64,000 bases of DNA, taken from the NCBI GenBank assembly GCA_015233405.1, contig JADFXT010000003.1, positions 54,591-118,590 on the forward strand, read 5' to 3'. The notes under the pieces were generated by a model. That model made no database searches. It saw only the letters and a list, made by a program, of their open reading frames with translations, and was not told where the DNA came from. Source of the stretch: Candidatus Omnitrophota bacterium. GTDB taxonomy: Bacteria; Omnitrophota; Gorgyraeia; Zapsychrales; Zapsychraceae. Positions 55,317 through 64,000 of the stretch are shown one piece after another (within the stretch, counting starts at the first letter, position 1; each line of letters begins with the position of its first letter). The position numbers and the translations under genes are program-made.

Positions 55317-56390
55317 TCAGCGGCTCAACTTCATATCTTGAATTTTTTTCTTTGTGTTTTTCTTTAATATTATAAAATCAAAAATCCCTCTGAGGTATCC
55401 CATACCATAACCAAAATGAATCACGCAAAAAGATGCCACTAGAAAAGGAAAAAGAAGAATCCCTTTTTGAGACGCTAAAAAGGCCGAAACCGTAAAGTTA
55501 ACCAAGAGATATAAGACGGATTCAATGGCGAGAATTTCATGAAAGACCGGATAAAAGAAAAAACCTATTCCGCACATCGCAAGGGAAATGATAAACAACG
55601 CAGGAGCCAATTGACGCCAAGTCATCACTTTCCCTAATTTGATGGCGGTCAGGGGCTTGAAATAACCATACTGATAATTCATCCGCCAAAGCTGAGTAAA
55701 AAATTGCCGAGCATAATAATTGATGATAATTTCAGGTACCAGAAGAACCTTGCCGCCATTTTTAATAATTCTGGAATTAAATTCATCATCCTGATTGCGA
55801 ATCAGGTCTTCGTCAAATAGTCCCACTTTCTTAAATACATCTCTTTGAAAACATCCAAAGGGGACTGTATCAACAAACTTCGGCGCTATAGCCCCGGTTT
55901 TGAAACTTGCATTTCCAGCCCCAAAGCCACGCGAAATCGCTAAAGCAATAGCCCGAGCAGTCAGCGTGCTATTTCCAGGCTTTATATTCAAGAACCCGCC
56001 GACATTATCCACCTGATATTCTATAATATATTTAACGCACTGCGAAATATAATTCTGCGGATAATCCGCGTGCACATCCAGACGAATAATAAAATCTCCT
56101 TCTGCGCGTCCAATTAAAATATTAAGCCCTGTTGAGACAATCTTGCGCGGATTATCAAGCCATCGGATAAACGAATAACGCTTGGCATAATCATCAAGAA
56201 TTTCCCGCGTACGGTCCGTGCTCATACCGTCGGCAATAAAAATTTCTATTTGATCCTGCGGATAATCCTGCGCCAACACGGAATCCAGACATTCTCCTAT
56301 GAATCTTTCCTCATTGCGACATGGAATGATAATCGACACACGTTTTGTCATAAGATTATTTTTAATTCGGTCCTTTAAGAATTTTCCCAA
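55317..56390 (-). CDS. glycosyltransferase family 2 with C-terminal TM helices
   Basis: VSIIIPCRNEERFI...FIADGMSTDRT...DVHA. Four C-terminal TM helices. Alternative start at 56351 (MTKRV). Confidence 0.8.
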   Translation of the reverse strand: MGKFLKDRIKNNLMTKRVSIIIPCRNEERFIGECLDSVLAQDYPQDQIEIFIADGMSTDRTREILDDYAKRYSFIRWLDNPRKIVSTGLNILIGRAEGDFIIRLDVHADYPQNYISQCVKYIIEYQVDNVGGFLNIKPGNSTLTARAIALAISRGFGAGNASFKTGAIAPKFVDTVPFGCFQRDVFKKVGLFDEDLIRNQDDEFNSRIIKNGGKVLLVPEIIINYYARQFFTQLWRMNYQYGYFKPLTAIKLGKVMTWRQLAPALFIISLAMCGIGFFFYPVFHEILAIESVLYLLVNFTVSAFLASQKGILLFPFLVASFCVIHFGYGMGYLRGIFDFIILKKNTKKKIQDMKLSR

Positions 56391-57291
56391 ACAGCCAACG
56401 GCTTTCCAGCGTGGCGCGCTCAGAATCCGTAATCACATGACCTCCATGATTTTTAAGAAGATAGTCTAACAGGACTGTCGCTGGAACAAACCAACCACCC
56501 TTCTTAGCGAACCGCCCCATAAGCGCCTTGAATCTCGAATTTAAAACTTTACCATCCTGAAAACCTTTAGCAAAATGCGTATACATGATGCACGCGCCAC
56601 CTTCGGCTTCCAAACGATCCTGATGAAATTCATTAACACAATTAACAAAATCCTGCACATTCCCTCCGTTGGATGAGGCAAACCATTGGTTCACAAAGGG
56701 GCGCGCCGGATCATAATATGGCATAAATGGGCAGACTTTAAGCGTATTAATTTCTGAAAAAACAAAATTTCGAACATATTTAATACGCGACTTGCAAAGA
56801 TCCCCCCAGAAAAACGGGTCCCCCACAACATGCCCACGGAAAAAATTCTTTCGCTTATAAAACGTCAGCAAATTGTATACGGCCTCCTCAATCCCAGTCA
56901 ATCTCGCACTGCCCCAATAAATCCCCTCTTGACAAAGAGAATGATTCGCCATGGACTGCGGATAACCACCAAACAACTCTTGGAATCTGTCCAATCCTCT
57001 GATCGTATCTTCACGTAATGAAGAATAACTGGCAGCGTTATGAAATCCTATCTCAAATCCTTTCTTTTGAAGATCCAAGACCCATGATAAATAAGGCCCG
57101 TCCTCACAAGCTTCCCCTCCTACCCTTGGGATAATTTTGCTTCTTAACGGCCAAACGGATTTCGTTGTCTTAAACCCTAAATCATAAAGAAGAGCATAAA
57201 CCTCAGATGTGTTTTGAACAGTCGAAAAATCCGGGTCATCAAATATTGTAAAAGCAAAATTTTTGCCATCAGGCCATTTTATACCCGCCAT
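56362..57291 (-). CDS. hypothetical protein, possibly NodB-like polysaccharide deacetylase
   Basis: 309 aa. FAFTIFDDPD and GFHNAS resemble NodB motifs. Weak assignment. Confidence 0.4.
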   Translation of the reverse strand: MAGIKWPDGKNFAFTIFDDPDFSTVQNTSEVYALLYDLGFKTTKSVWPLRSKIIPRVGGEACEDGPYLSWVLDLQKKGFEIGFHNAASYSSLREDTIRGLDRFQELFGGYPQSMANHSLCQEGIYWGSARLTGIEEAVYNLLTFYKRKNFFRGHVVGDPFFWGDLCKSRIKYVRNFVFSEINTLKVCPFMPYYDPARPFVNQWFASSNGGNVQDFVNCVNEFHQDRLEAEGGACIMYTHFAKGFQDGKVLNSRFKALMGRFAKKGGWFVPATVLLDYLLKNHGGHVITDSERATLESRWLFGKILKGPN

Positions 57292-57292
57292 C

Positions 57293-58402
57293 TTAAACTC
57301 CTCCTAATACCCGACGATAAACATCCACAATTTTATTAATAACAACTTTCTGATCGAATAATTGTTCCGCTCTCTTTTTTCCATGAAGGCCCATATCTCT
57401 GATAGATTCATCCCCATTAATAAAACGTAAAACAACGTCTGTATAATCCTGGTCCTGATCCACCAGAAAACCATTGACCCCTTGTTCTACAACATCATTA
57501 TTCCCGGGAATATTAGAACAAACAATCGGCACGCCCAAGACAGCCGCCTCAATCAAACTCATAGGTAAAACTTCTCGCTGTGAAGAAAAAAGAAAGACAT
57601 CGCTAGCGGAAAGATATCGCGCGACATTTTTCTGGTAACCAAGAAATATAACTTGAAGATTCTTTCGCATTAATGAATCGGCCAACGATTCCAAGCGCCC
57701 ACGCTCAGGGCCATCTCCCACAATAAGCCCAACAATATTTTCTTTTGTCTTCCCGGCGCAATCATTTAGAATTTCCAAAAACTTATCAAACCGTTTGGAA
57801 GGAATTAGTCTTCCCGTCATACAGACCACACGGCTTTCGTATCCTATACCAAGCTCATGACAAACATCCTTGCGGGTGTCGCTGCCGGCGGACTCTCGAA
57901 ACTTTTGACAATCAATAAAATTGGGTATTAAGACGACCTTTTCTTCTGGCAGGCCTCCGCTAAGAAGACTTTGCAACTTAGATTGAGAAATCGCCACAAA
58001 GAAATCGCAATACTTCTTAAATAGAAAGAATGCGATCGGTGCCGGCATTCTAGAAAACCGGCGCGAATGATGTGTCATGATGATCTTGATATTTTTATTT
58101 ATCCGCCGGGCGGACAATCCCGCAAGAATCCCGACAGATGCTCCTTGCGCGTGAATAATATCCGGTGAGGTCTGATCAATAATCCGAGACAATTCTCTAA
58201 TCAATGTCGGGATATTAAAGACCGAAAAACTGGAAATAGAAAAATAATCAACCCCATCAATAAATCGCTCACGTAATTCCCCATCCGAAGCAACAAAAAA
58301 AACTTTTATGCCGCCTAATGCCGTCAATCCATTAGCTAATTCGACCGCCATAGATTCAGCGCCACCAAGTTTCAAATCCTCGTTAAGAATTAATACCTTC
58401 AT
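57293..58402 (-). CDS. glycosyltransferase family 4 (GT-B)
   Basis: GGAE N-terminal motif and the C-terminal E(x7)E region (SQREVLPMSLIEAAVLGVPIV). Confidence 0.85.
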   Translation of the reverse strand: MKVLILNEDLKLGGAESMAVELANGLTALGGIKVFFVASDGELRERFIDGVDYFSISSFSVFNIPTLIRELSRIIDQTSPDIIHAQGASVGILAGLSARRINKNIKIIMTHHSRRFSRMPAPIAFFLFKKYCDFFVAISQSKLQSLLSGGLPEEKVVLIPNFIDCQKFRESAGSDTRKDVCHELGIGYESRVVCMTGRLIPSKRFDKFLEILNDCAGKTKENIVGLIVGDGPERGRLESLADSLMRKNLQVIFLGYQKNVARYLSASDVFLFSSQREVLPMSLIEAAVLGVPIVCSNIPGNNDVVEQGVNGFLVDQDQDYTDVVLRFINGDESIRDMGLHGKKRAEQLFDQKVVINKIVDVYRRVLGGV

Positions 58403-59586
58403 AAACTTTTTACCTCTGAGATAGCTCCTAAGGGAATGGCCCGCCGTTTATTTGGATAAAATCCTGCCAACAGAATTGCCCAAATAAACCAGGTCACCTT
58501 GGCATAATCCAGCGTTAAGGAAAAAGCGAAAGGAAACCAGATTAGAAATAAAATAATAAAAAATGACTGCTGGGAACTTTTCAATAAAAACTTTCGAACT
58601 AATCCTCCCCAAAGAAACAGATAAATGAAGAAACCAATAATTCCCGTCTCAACTAAAACGCTCACAAATGTATTGTGCGCGACTCTTCCATAAAGGCTGG
58701 GATTATCCAAACTAAAAGCATATGCTCCACTGCCGACACCAAAAAGCGGATTTTTTATCCAAGCTTCAAAGCCAGCCTTCCATATTTCCACCCGCAGCAG
58801 AAATGTCCCGGCATTCTGCCCTTCTGATACGCGATTCAAAAGATATTGAGGGACAAAAACAGACAACAAAAATATAGCGAACATAAATACAACAATAAAC
58901 AACAGCCCTTTTCTAGAAAAAAATGACCTTCTCTCCATAAAAAGAAGAATAAAATAAAAACTTCCTACACTCAAAGCCCCCGCTCGAGAACCGGTAAGAA
59001 AAATACCGATAGACGCCAACAAGATAAAACCGACAAGCAAAACTTTTCCAAATTTATTAGTAACATAAGACTTAAACAGGATATACGCTAAAGCAATCCC
59101 AACGGCTAAAACACAGGCTAAATTATTCTGGTTCATATTCGCCGCCGTAAAACGCCCTTCTTCCAAAACATCCATGGACGATGGGCCACGATAATATTCC
59201 AAAAAAAGGAGCCCCAAGGCCACAGCACAACCCCACACATAAACTAAGAAAGGGTTTTTCACGCCGTTCAATGACACCTTAGAAAACAGAAAATAGGCAA
59301 ACAATAAATCCAGCGCCAACGTTTTAACCCTTGCGATAGAAGATACCATGTCCGCCGACCATAAAATAGAGACCCCAGACCATATAATAAATAAAAGCGC
59401 CGCAAAGAAAACGACGTTAGGACGTACAATCTTTTTTCCACTAACGACATTACATAAAAAAAAGACCAGACAGCCTATCCCGCATAAGAGCGCGACAGTC
59501 AATCCTTCGCCTAAAGCTCCGCCCTCTTCAATGGGAATAATAAAAACAAGCCCAAAAAGGAAAAATGTGTAAAGCTTATCTACCAT
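58399..59586 (-). CDS. O-antigen ligase/polymerase-like (Wzy_C) membrane protein
   Basis: 395 aa, ~10 TM helices. TGSRAGALS and GVGSGAY...AHNTFVSVLVETGIIG motifs. Confidence 0.75.
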   Translation of the reverse strand: MVDKLYTFFLFGLVFIIPIEEGGALGEGLTVALLCGIGCLVFFLCNVVSGKKIVRPNVVFFAALLFIIWSGVSILWSADMVSSIARVKTLALDLLFAYFLFSKVSLNGVKNPFLVYVWGCAVALGLLFLEYYRGPSSMDVLEEGRFTAANMNQNNLACVLAVGIALAYILFKSYVTNKFGKVLLVGFILLASIGIFLTGSRAGALSVGSFYFILLFMERRSFFSRKGLLFIVVFMFAIFLLSVFVPQYLLNRVSEGQNAGTFLLRVEIWKAGFEAWIKNPLFGVGSGAYAFSLDNPSLYGRVAHNTFVSVLVETGIIGFFIYLFLWGGLVRKFLLKSSQQSFFIILFLIWFPFAFSLTLDYAKVTWFIWAILLAGFYPNKRRAIPLGAISEVKSL

Positions 59587-60674
59587 TATGAAATTCCTTT
59601 TAATAATTTCATATATGCATCTACGGCAAAATCAACAGTATATTCCTTCATTTCAGATGTCTTCTCGGGTAATCGACTCTCCAATGTTTTCTCAATGGCA
59701 GCAGCCAAAGCAGTCGCATTCCCAACTTCAACAATTCGGCCCAAACGACCATTATCTAGGATCTCTGCTGGACCATAGGGACAGTTTGTTGAAACAACAG
59801 CAACGCCTAATGCCAATGCCTCAATAAGCACCGTCGGCAACGCCTCACGCCGGGAAGACAAAACAAACACCTTTGCCCGTTTTAGATACGGATAAGGATT
59901 CGCCAAATGCCCTGGGAGTTTAATATGATCTTGAAGGCCATATTTTTTTATGAGATCTTCTAATAGCCTACGCTGTGCACCCTCGCCAAGGATAAGAAGA
60001 TTTAATTTTCGACTCTTCTTTAAAATTTTAAATGCCTCGATCAGAACAGAAAAATCTTTTTGCTCAACCAATCGCCCCATTCCTAAAATATAATCCGCAT
60101 CTTCGTCAAACAACGGAACAAACTCGGCACAGGAGCGCGCCATCAAATCCTTTCCTATGACTGGATTGTAAATAACAGAGACCTTGTCATTGGAAATTCC
60201 ATAAAAAGAAATAACGTCCTTGGCAACTCCCTTGGATACCGCTATCACGTGATCAGCATAACGATAAAAACATTTTCCCAAAACGTGGACGACGCGGTCC
60301 TTGAGCAAGCGCGCATTCTTAAACCATTCTGAAGGCGCAACATGTTCAGTCAAAAGAAATTTGGTTTTTACATTTTTGGAAAAAACTTTAACAAGCGCCG
60401 TCACAATATTGGCATGTTCAAGATGAGAAATAAAAAAATCCGGCTCATTGTCCTTTATATATTTCGAGATGGCAAAGAAAGAAGCTAGAACACCTTTCTT
60501 GGCAAGATCAACTACGTTGACTTGGCGAGATAAAGAATCAACATGCGGACCTTTCTTCTCGACCAAAAGCAAATCAACTCCAATTCCCCGTGTCGATAAT
60601 TCATTGGCGAGCAGAACAACAACACGTTCCGCCCCGCCACCATCAAGCGAAGGAATAAAAATAGCTACACGCAT
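59586..60674 (-). CDS. glycosyltransferase family 4 (GT-B)
   Basis: GGGAERV N-terminus and SRREALPTVLIEALALGVAVV in the C-terminal region. Confidence 0.85.
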   Translation of the reverse strand: MRVAIFIPSLDGGGAERVVVLLANELSTRGIGVDLLLVEKKGPHVDSLSRQVNVVDLAKKGVLASFFAISKYIKDNEPDFFISHLEHANIVTALVKVFSKNVKTKFLLTEHVAPSEWFKNARLLKDRVVHVLGKCFYRYADHVIAVSKGVAKDVISFYGISNDKVSVIYNPVIGKDLMARSCAEFVPLFDEDADYILGMGRLVEQKDFSVLIEAFKILKKSRKLNLLILGEGAQRRLLEDLIKKYGLQDHIKLPGHLANPYPYLKRAKVFVLSSRREALPTVLIEALALGVAVVSTNCPYGPAEILDNGRLGRIVEVGNATALAAAIEKTLESRLPEKTSEMKEYTVDFAVDAYMKLLKGIS

Positions 60675-60693
60675 AGCATTCTCCTAAGGACCA

Positions 60694-61860
60694 TTACAAT
60701 GAATTTAAACAACGACGATAGAAAGCAAAAACCTCCGCGCACCATCGTTCAAGACCAAAATCTTTCTTCACCAAAGCACAGCTATCCATCAAATCTGTCC
60801 GGACATCTTCATCCGACAAGGACAATGTTCCCAGAATTCTTTTTTCAAGATCTTGCACATCAGCAGACTTAAAAAATTTAACACCCCTAAAATCTTTTGC
60901 CCATTGAACACCCGGGATATCACTGACAATAACTCTACATTTATTAAGGATCGCTTCACACAAAGCATAGGAAAATCCCTCATGGCGGCTGGCTGAGAGA
61001 AAAATAGCCGCGCACTGATAATAATCCGCTGGGGTCTCCGTCGGAGGAATCAAATACAGCCACGCAGGAATATTTCCTTTAGAATAATTGTTCACATAGC
61101 AGCTAAGATCCTCTGTTCCCACGATCCCCAAAACCACATCAGACTGAGACCGGACAATCGACAAAACCGCTTCTATGGCGACATCCACGCCCTTAATAAT
61201 AGGCGCCCAGCCGAACATCAAAATAAGAACTTTATCATCTGGAATATTAAGATCGCGTAACACTTGAGCTTTTGAACGCGACGTAACGACCGCTCGTTGA
61301 AGATCCACTCCATTCGAAACGGCAATCAGCCGCTCTCTGGGAAATCCCAGCGCCCTAAGTTTCTCGTACAAATAATCCGACGCTGCAACAGAAAAACAAA
61401 ACCTCCCCATACATTTATATTTTAAAAAATTCTTTAGCCTTCTTAAGAAATTCCATTTCAGAGGAAAGTCAGAATGCATATGCCAAATCACAACTACTCT
61501 TCTAAAGCGAAGCCTCAAAAAGACACTGGCGACCCATGCTACGATGTCATATTCTGAGAAATGAGAATGAAAGACGTCAATTTTCTCTTTGGCTGCGAGA
61601 TCCATCAAAAAGATCACTAAAGAAAAAAAACATTTCCTGGACGGAAAAAAATACACCGATCGTCCAGAGCCAACAAGCGCCTTGCACCAATCCTTATTAG
61701 ACGCATCTTTGGGAAATACCCATATCTGCCGCGCATTATTTCTGGAGCACTCTTGATCTAATGCCGACAATGAAGCAATAAAATTTCCTCCATAGGGCGC
61801 CGCAAATCCAGCCAGATGCGCCACCATCAAAGGCGGATTTTCTATTTTATTTATTCCCAT
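60694..61860 (-). CDS. glycosyltransferase family 4-like (GT-B)
   Basis: YGGNF N-terminus and SRHEGFSYALCEAILNKCRVIV in the C-terminal region. Confidence 0.7.
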   Translation of the reverse strand: MGINKIENPPLMVAHLAGFAAPYGGNFIASLSALDQECSRNNARQIWVFPKDASNKDWCKALVGSGRSVYFFPSRKCFFSLVIFLMDLAAKEKIDVFHSHFSEYDIVAWVASVFLRLRFRRVVVIWHMHSDFPLKWNFLRRLKNFLKYKCMGRFCFSVAASDYLYEKLRALGFPRERLIAVSNGVDLQRAVVTSRSKAQVLRDLNIPDDKVLILMFGWAPIIKGVDVAIEAVLSIVRSQSDVVLGIVGTEDLSCYVNNYSKGNIPAWLYLIPPTETPADYYQCAAIFLSASRHEGFSYALCEAILNKCRVIVSDIPGVQWAKDFRGVKFFKSADVQDLEKRILGTLSLSDEDVRTDLMDSCALVKKDFGLERWCAEVFAFYRRCLNSL

Positions 61861-61921
61861 ATAATCTCATTTCGTCAGAAAATAGCTCCTAAACATTACA
61901 AACGCATTCTCGTGATCAATC

Positions 61922-62884
61922 TTATTGATTTCTTATACGAAAAAATTTTTGTTTTAGCCTCCATCCCCCTCGAACCCATGAAGACGGCATTCTTGAACAC
62001 AATTTCCAAAATATCTTTCTCAAATAAAAACGCGACGTCTGGCAATTTTTCAAGACAACACCAGCTCTTTTCGGATCGCCTGATAACACCAAACTTCGAG
62101 CAACTCTTAATTGTTCTCTTGCGATATATTCTTTTAAACTATGAAGCATTTCAGGACGGACTTTTTTATTCAAAATGGCCTCTTGCCCCGTCTTGATGAA
62201 AGGTAAATTCTCGATAACAGGAAATTTCAAACTAGCCCTGTTCATCGCATCTTGATAATAAACGGCACACGCCCGATTTGAAAAAGCTATCGGATAATTT
62301 AGCGCAATCCGGCCCCAGACATCTAAATCTTCACCAAGCTTTTCTCCGACGGGAAATCCTCCTCCGATCGCAACGAATACCTCTTTAGGGACACAAACAG
62401 CTGAAGCGCAAACAATCCACTCTCCCTCAACCATCGACGAAAAATAATCAGGGATCAGACCTTCCCATGGAGAATTGGAAATGGTTTTAAACTTCTGAAG
62501 CTTAGTCCTTTTGCCCGACGTGCAAATTTCAAACCACGTCGCATACGCTCCTGCCTGTGGATAAAGCCCTCTTAGCCTTAAAATGACTTCCAGAAAATCC
62601 GGCAACCATTCATCATCTGCATCCAGAAAAGCGACTAATTCCGCCTTGGCTTCGTCTATGCCTTTATTTCTGGCTGCTGAAACCCCGCCATTGGGTTGCT
62701 CAATCAAACGCAGGCGGTCATCCTGAATATTTTTTACCGTCGCTATGCCGTTATCCGTAGACCCGTCATCCACAATAACAATTTCAAAATCCTGCACGCT
62801 CTGACGAAGGACCGACTGGACAGCCCGGGCGATATATTTTTCTTTATTATACAAAGAAATGATAACGGATACTTTTGGCGTCAT
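61922..62884 (-). CDS. glycosyltransferase family 2
   Basis: VSVIISLYNKEKYIARAVQSVLRQS...VDDGSTDNG...LDADD. Confidence 0.85.
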   Translation of the reverse strand: MTPKVSVIISLYNKEKYIARAVQSVLRQSVQDFEIVIVDDGSTDNGIATVKNIQDDRLRLIEQPNGGVSAARNKGIDEAKAELVAFLDADDEWLPDFLEVILRLRGLYPQAGAYATWFEICTSGKRTKLQKFKTISNSPWEGLIPDYFSSMVEGEWIVCASAVCVPKEVFVAIGGGFPVGEKLGEDLDVWGRIALNYPIAFSNRACAVYYQDAMNRASLKFPVIENLPFIKTGQEAILNKKVRPEMLHSLKEYIAREQLRVARSLVLSGDPKRAGVVLKNCQTSRFYLRKIFWKLCSRMPSSWVRGGWRLKQKFFRIRNQ

Positions 62885-62887
62885 AAT

Positions 62888-64000
62888 TTACCTACCAAAA
62901 CGAACAAGCATGTTAAACAACATGGCGCGCTCTTCTTTTGCCAAAAGAAATTTCCATGCGAAGAAAATAAATGTCATGGAAACTCCGACGGCAGCAACGA
63001 AAAGCTTCCCATAATTATCGAGGCAAACATACTGCGTAAGAAGTACGGCTACGACCATGATTCCTATCGTAAGCACTACGCCTTTCCAAACCGGCTTAAT
63101 AAATGTCGTTAACGGAATCTTTAAAATGTACGCGGCATAAAAAGGAACAAAGATCGCATGCCGAATCGTAAGCACCAACGCTCCCGCAACGGCAATGCCA
63201 ATAACACCCCAATGCAAAAACTTGGCGAACACAACAGCCAGAATAACATTAAGAATGCCGATAAAAATAACCACCAGCGCCGGAGTGCGCACCTTGTTAA
63301 GAGCTCTCTGAATGGCAAATAAAGGCTGTATTCCTAAATTGATCGTCAAGTGTGCCGCAAACACCCAGACCAACGGAACATATTTGACATATTCGTTCCC
63401 GAGCCAAAGGTTCAAAACAGGTTTTGCAAACCCGCACAATAATCCCACCGGAAAAGCTATTCCAATCGCCATAAATTTTACAGCTCGACGGGAAATAGAA
63501 ATAATGGAATCCTTATCCTCGCGGGCATGACTGATAAGCACCATAGGAGAAAAAACGCCTGAGAAAACTCCCGCCACACTTCGTAACAAAAAATTTAGCT
63601 GTAAAATAGCTGCGTATTGCCCCGTGATCAATCCGCCAAATAAAAGGTTACACACAATAAGATCAACTTGTAGCAGCAATAAAGACCCGATCTGATCTAG
63701 TACAATCCAACCGCTCATGCTCCAAATGTCCCGCAATTTTGTTTTATCATAATAAGATCGCGCGATTCGTAGTTGAGGTGCTTTCTTGCGCCACAAATAA
63801 ATGCTAAGAGAAAGAACCCCCAGGGCAGAAAGCAGATAGGCTATTCCCACCGCCGGAAGGCTGACCCGAAAGAATAAAAAAAGTAAAACAATCAATGCCG
63901 TTCGTAAACCTAAGCCGCTGATATCAATCATATTTTGCAAATCAAGCCGATTCAATGCAAACAAAGGCGAACCAAAGACACTCGAAAAGATACTGAACAG
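62888..64000 (-). CDS. Wzx-like polysaccharide flippase (MOP superfamily), 5' end outside the window
   Basis: Multi-TM product. The reading frame stays open from the track start (TTG at 63964) to nt 64000 (…LFSIFSSVFGSP-LFALNRL). Confidence 0.75.
   Translation of the reverse strand: MFSIFSSVFGSPLFALNRLDLQNMIDISGLGLRTALIVLLFLFFRVSLPAVGIAYLLSALGVLSLSIYLWRKKAPQLRIARSYYDKTKLRDIWSMSGWIVLDQIGSLLLLQVDLIVCNLLFGGLITGQYAAILQLNFLLRSVAGVFSGVFSPMVLISHAREDKDSIISISRRAVKFMAIGIAFPVGLLCGFAKPVLNLWLGNEYVKYVPLVWVFAAHLTINLGIQPLFAIQRALNKVRTPALVVIFIGILNVILAVVFAKFLHWGVIGIAVAGALVLTIRHAIFVPFYAAYILKIPLTTFIKPVWKGVVLTIGIMVVAVLLTQYVCLDNYGKLFVAAVGVSMTFIFFAWKFLLAKEERAMLFNMLVRFGR

Overview
64-kb window from a moderately AT-rich bacterial genome, probably an uncultured deep-branching lineage; the taxon cannot be fixed from sequence alone. 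Coding density is high, and all but two genes lie on the minus strand. The left 18 kb (1-17952) is the most unusual part. It looks like a magnetosome-gene-cluster (MGC)-like island. Core-like genes are a 56-aa MamI-like protein (below the ORF-track cutoff), a TM-anchored HtrA/MamE-like protease, two tandem CDF transporters (MamB-/MamM-like), three magnetochrome-type CXXCH motifs in two proteins, and two TM-anchored PDZ proteins. These are interleaved with content I do not associate with canonical MGCs. That content comprises two NifX-like/zinc-ribbon membrane proteins, FixC-FixX, ApbE, a NapH-like polyferredoxin, a CHASE2-PP2C/RsbW/STAS partner-switching module, a PAS/Cys-rich sensor, a K+-channel-like protein and two excisionase-type HTH regulators. 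mamK-, mamQ- and mamA-type genes are not seen in the window, and the cluster may continue past the left edge. The remainder is mostly housekeeping or accessory. It holds pstSCAB, mlaFED, a receiver protein, and a GH10 xylanase plus epimerase (the only plus-strand genes). It also holds a PqqD/HPrK-like kinase/nucleotidyltransferase/GT2 operon, gap, a heavy-metal RND efflux system, and an Rrf2-yezD-OMP-metY-cysK sulfur operon. Further right are a fur-feoB-dtxR-permease iron locus with a near-consensus Fur box and a feoB interrupted by one in-frame TAA, then a ~14-kb surface-polysaccharide locus running off the right edge. Five copies of a 71-123 bp palindromic MITE/REP-like repeat sit in intergenic gaps. 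I saw no rRNA, tRNA, CRISPR, transposase or integrase. All homology statements come from motif recognition by eye; no database search was run.
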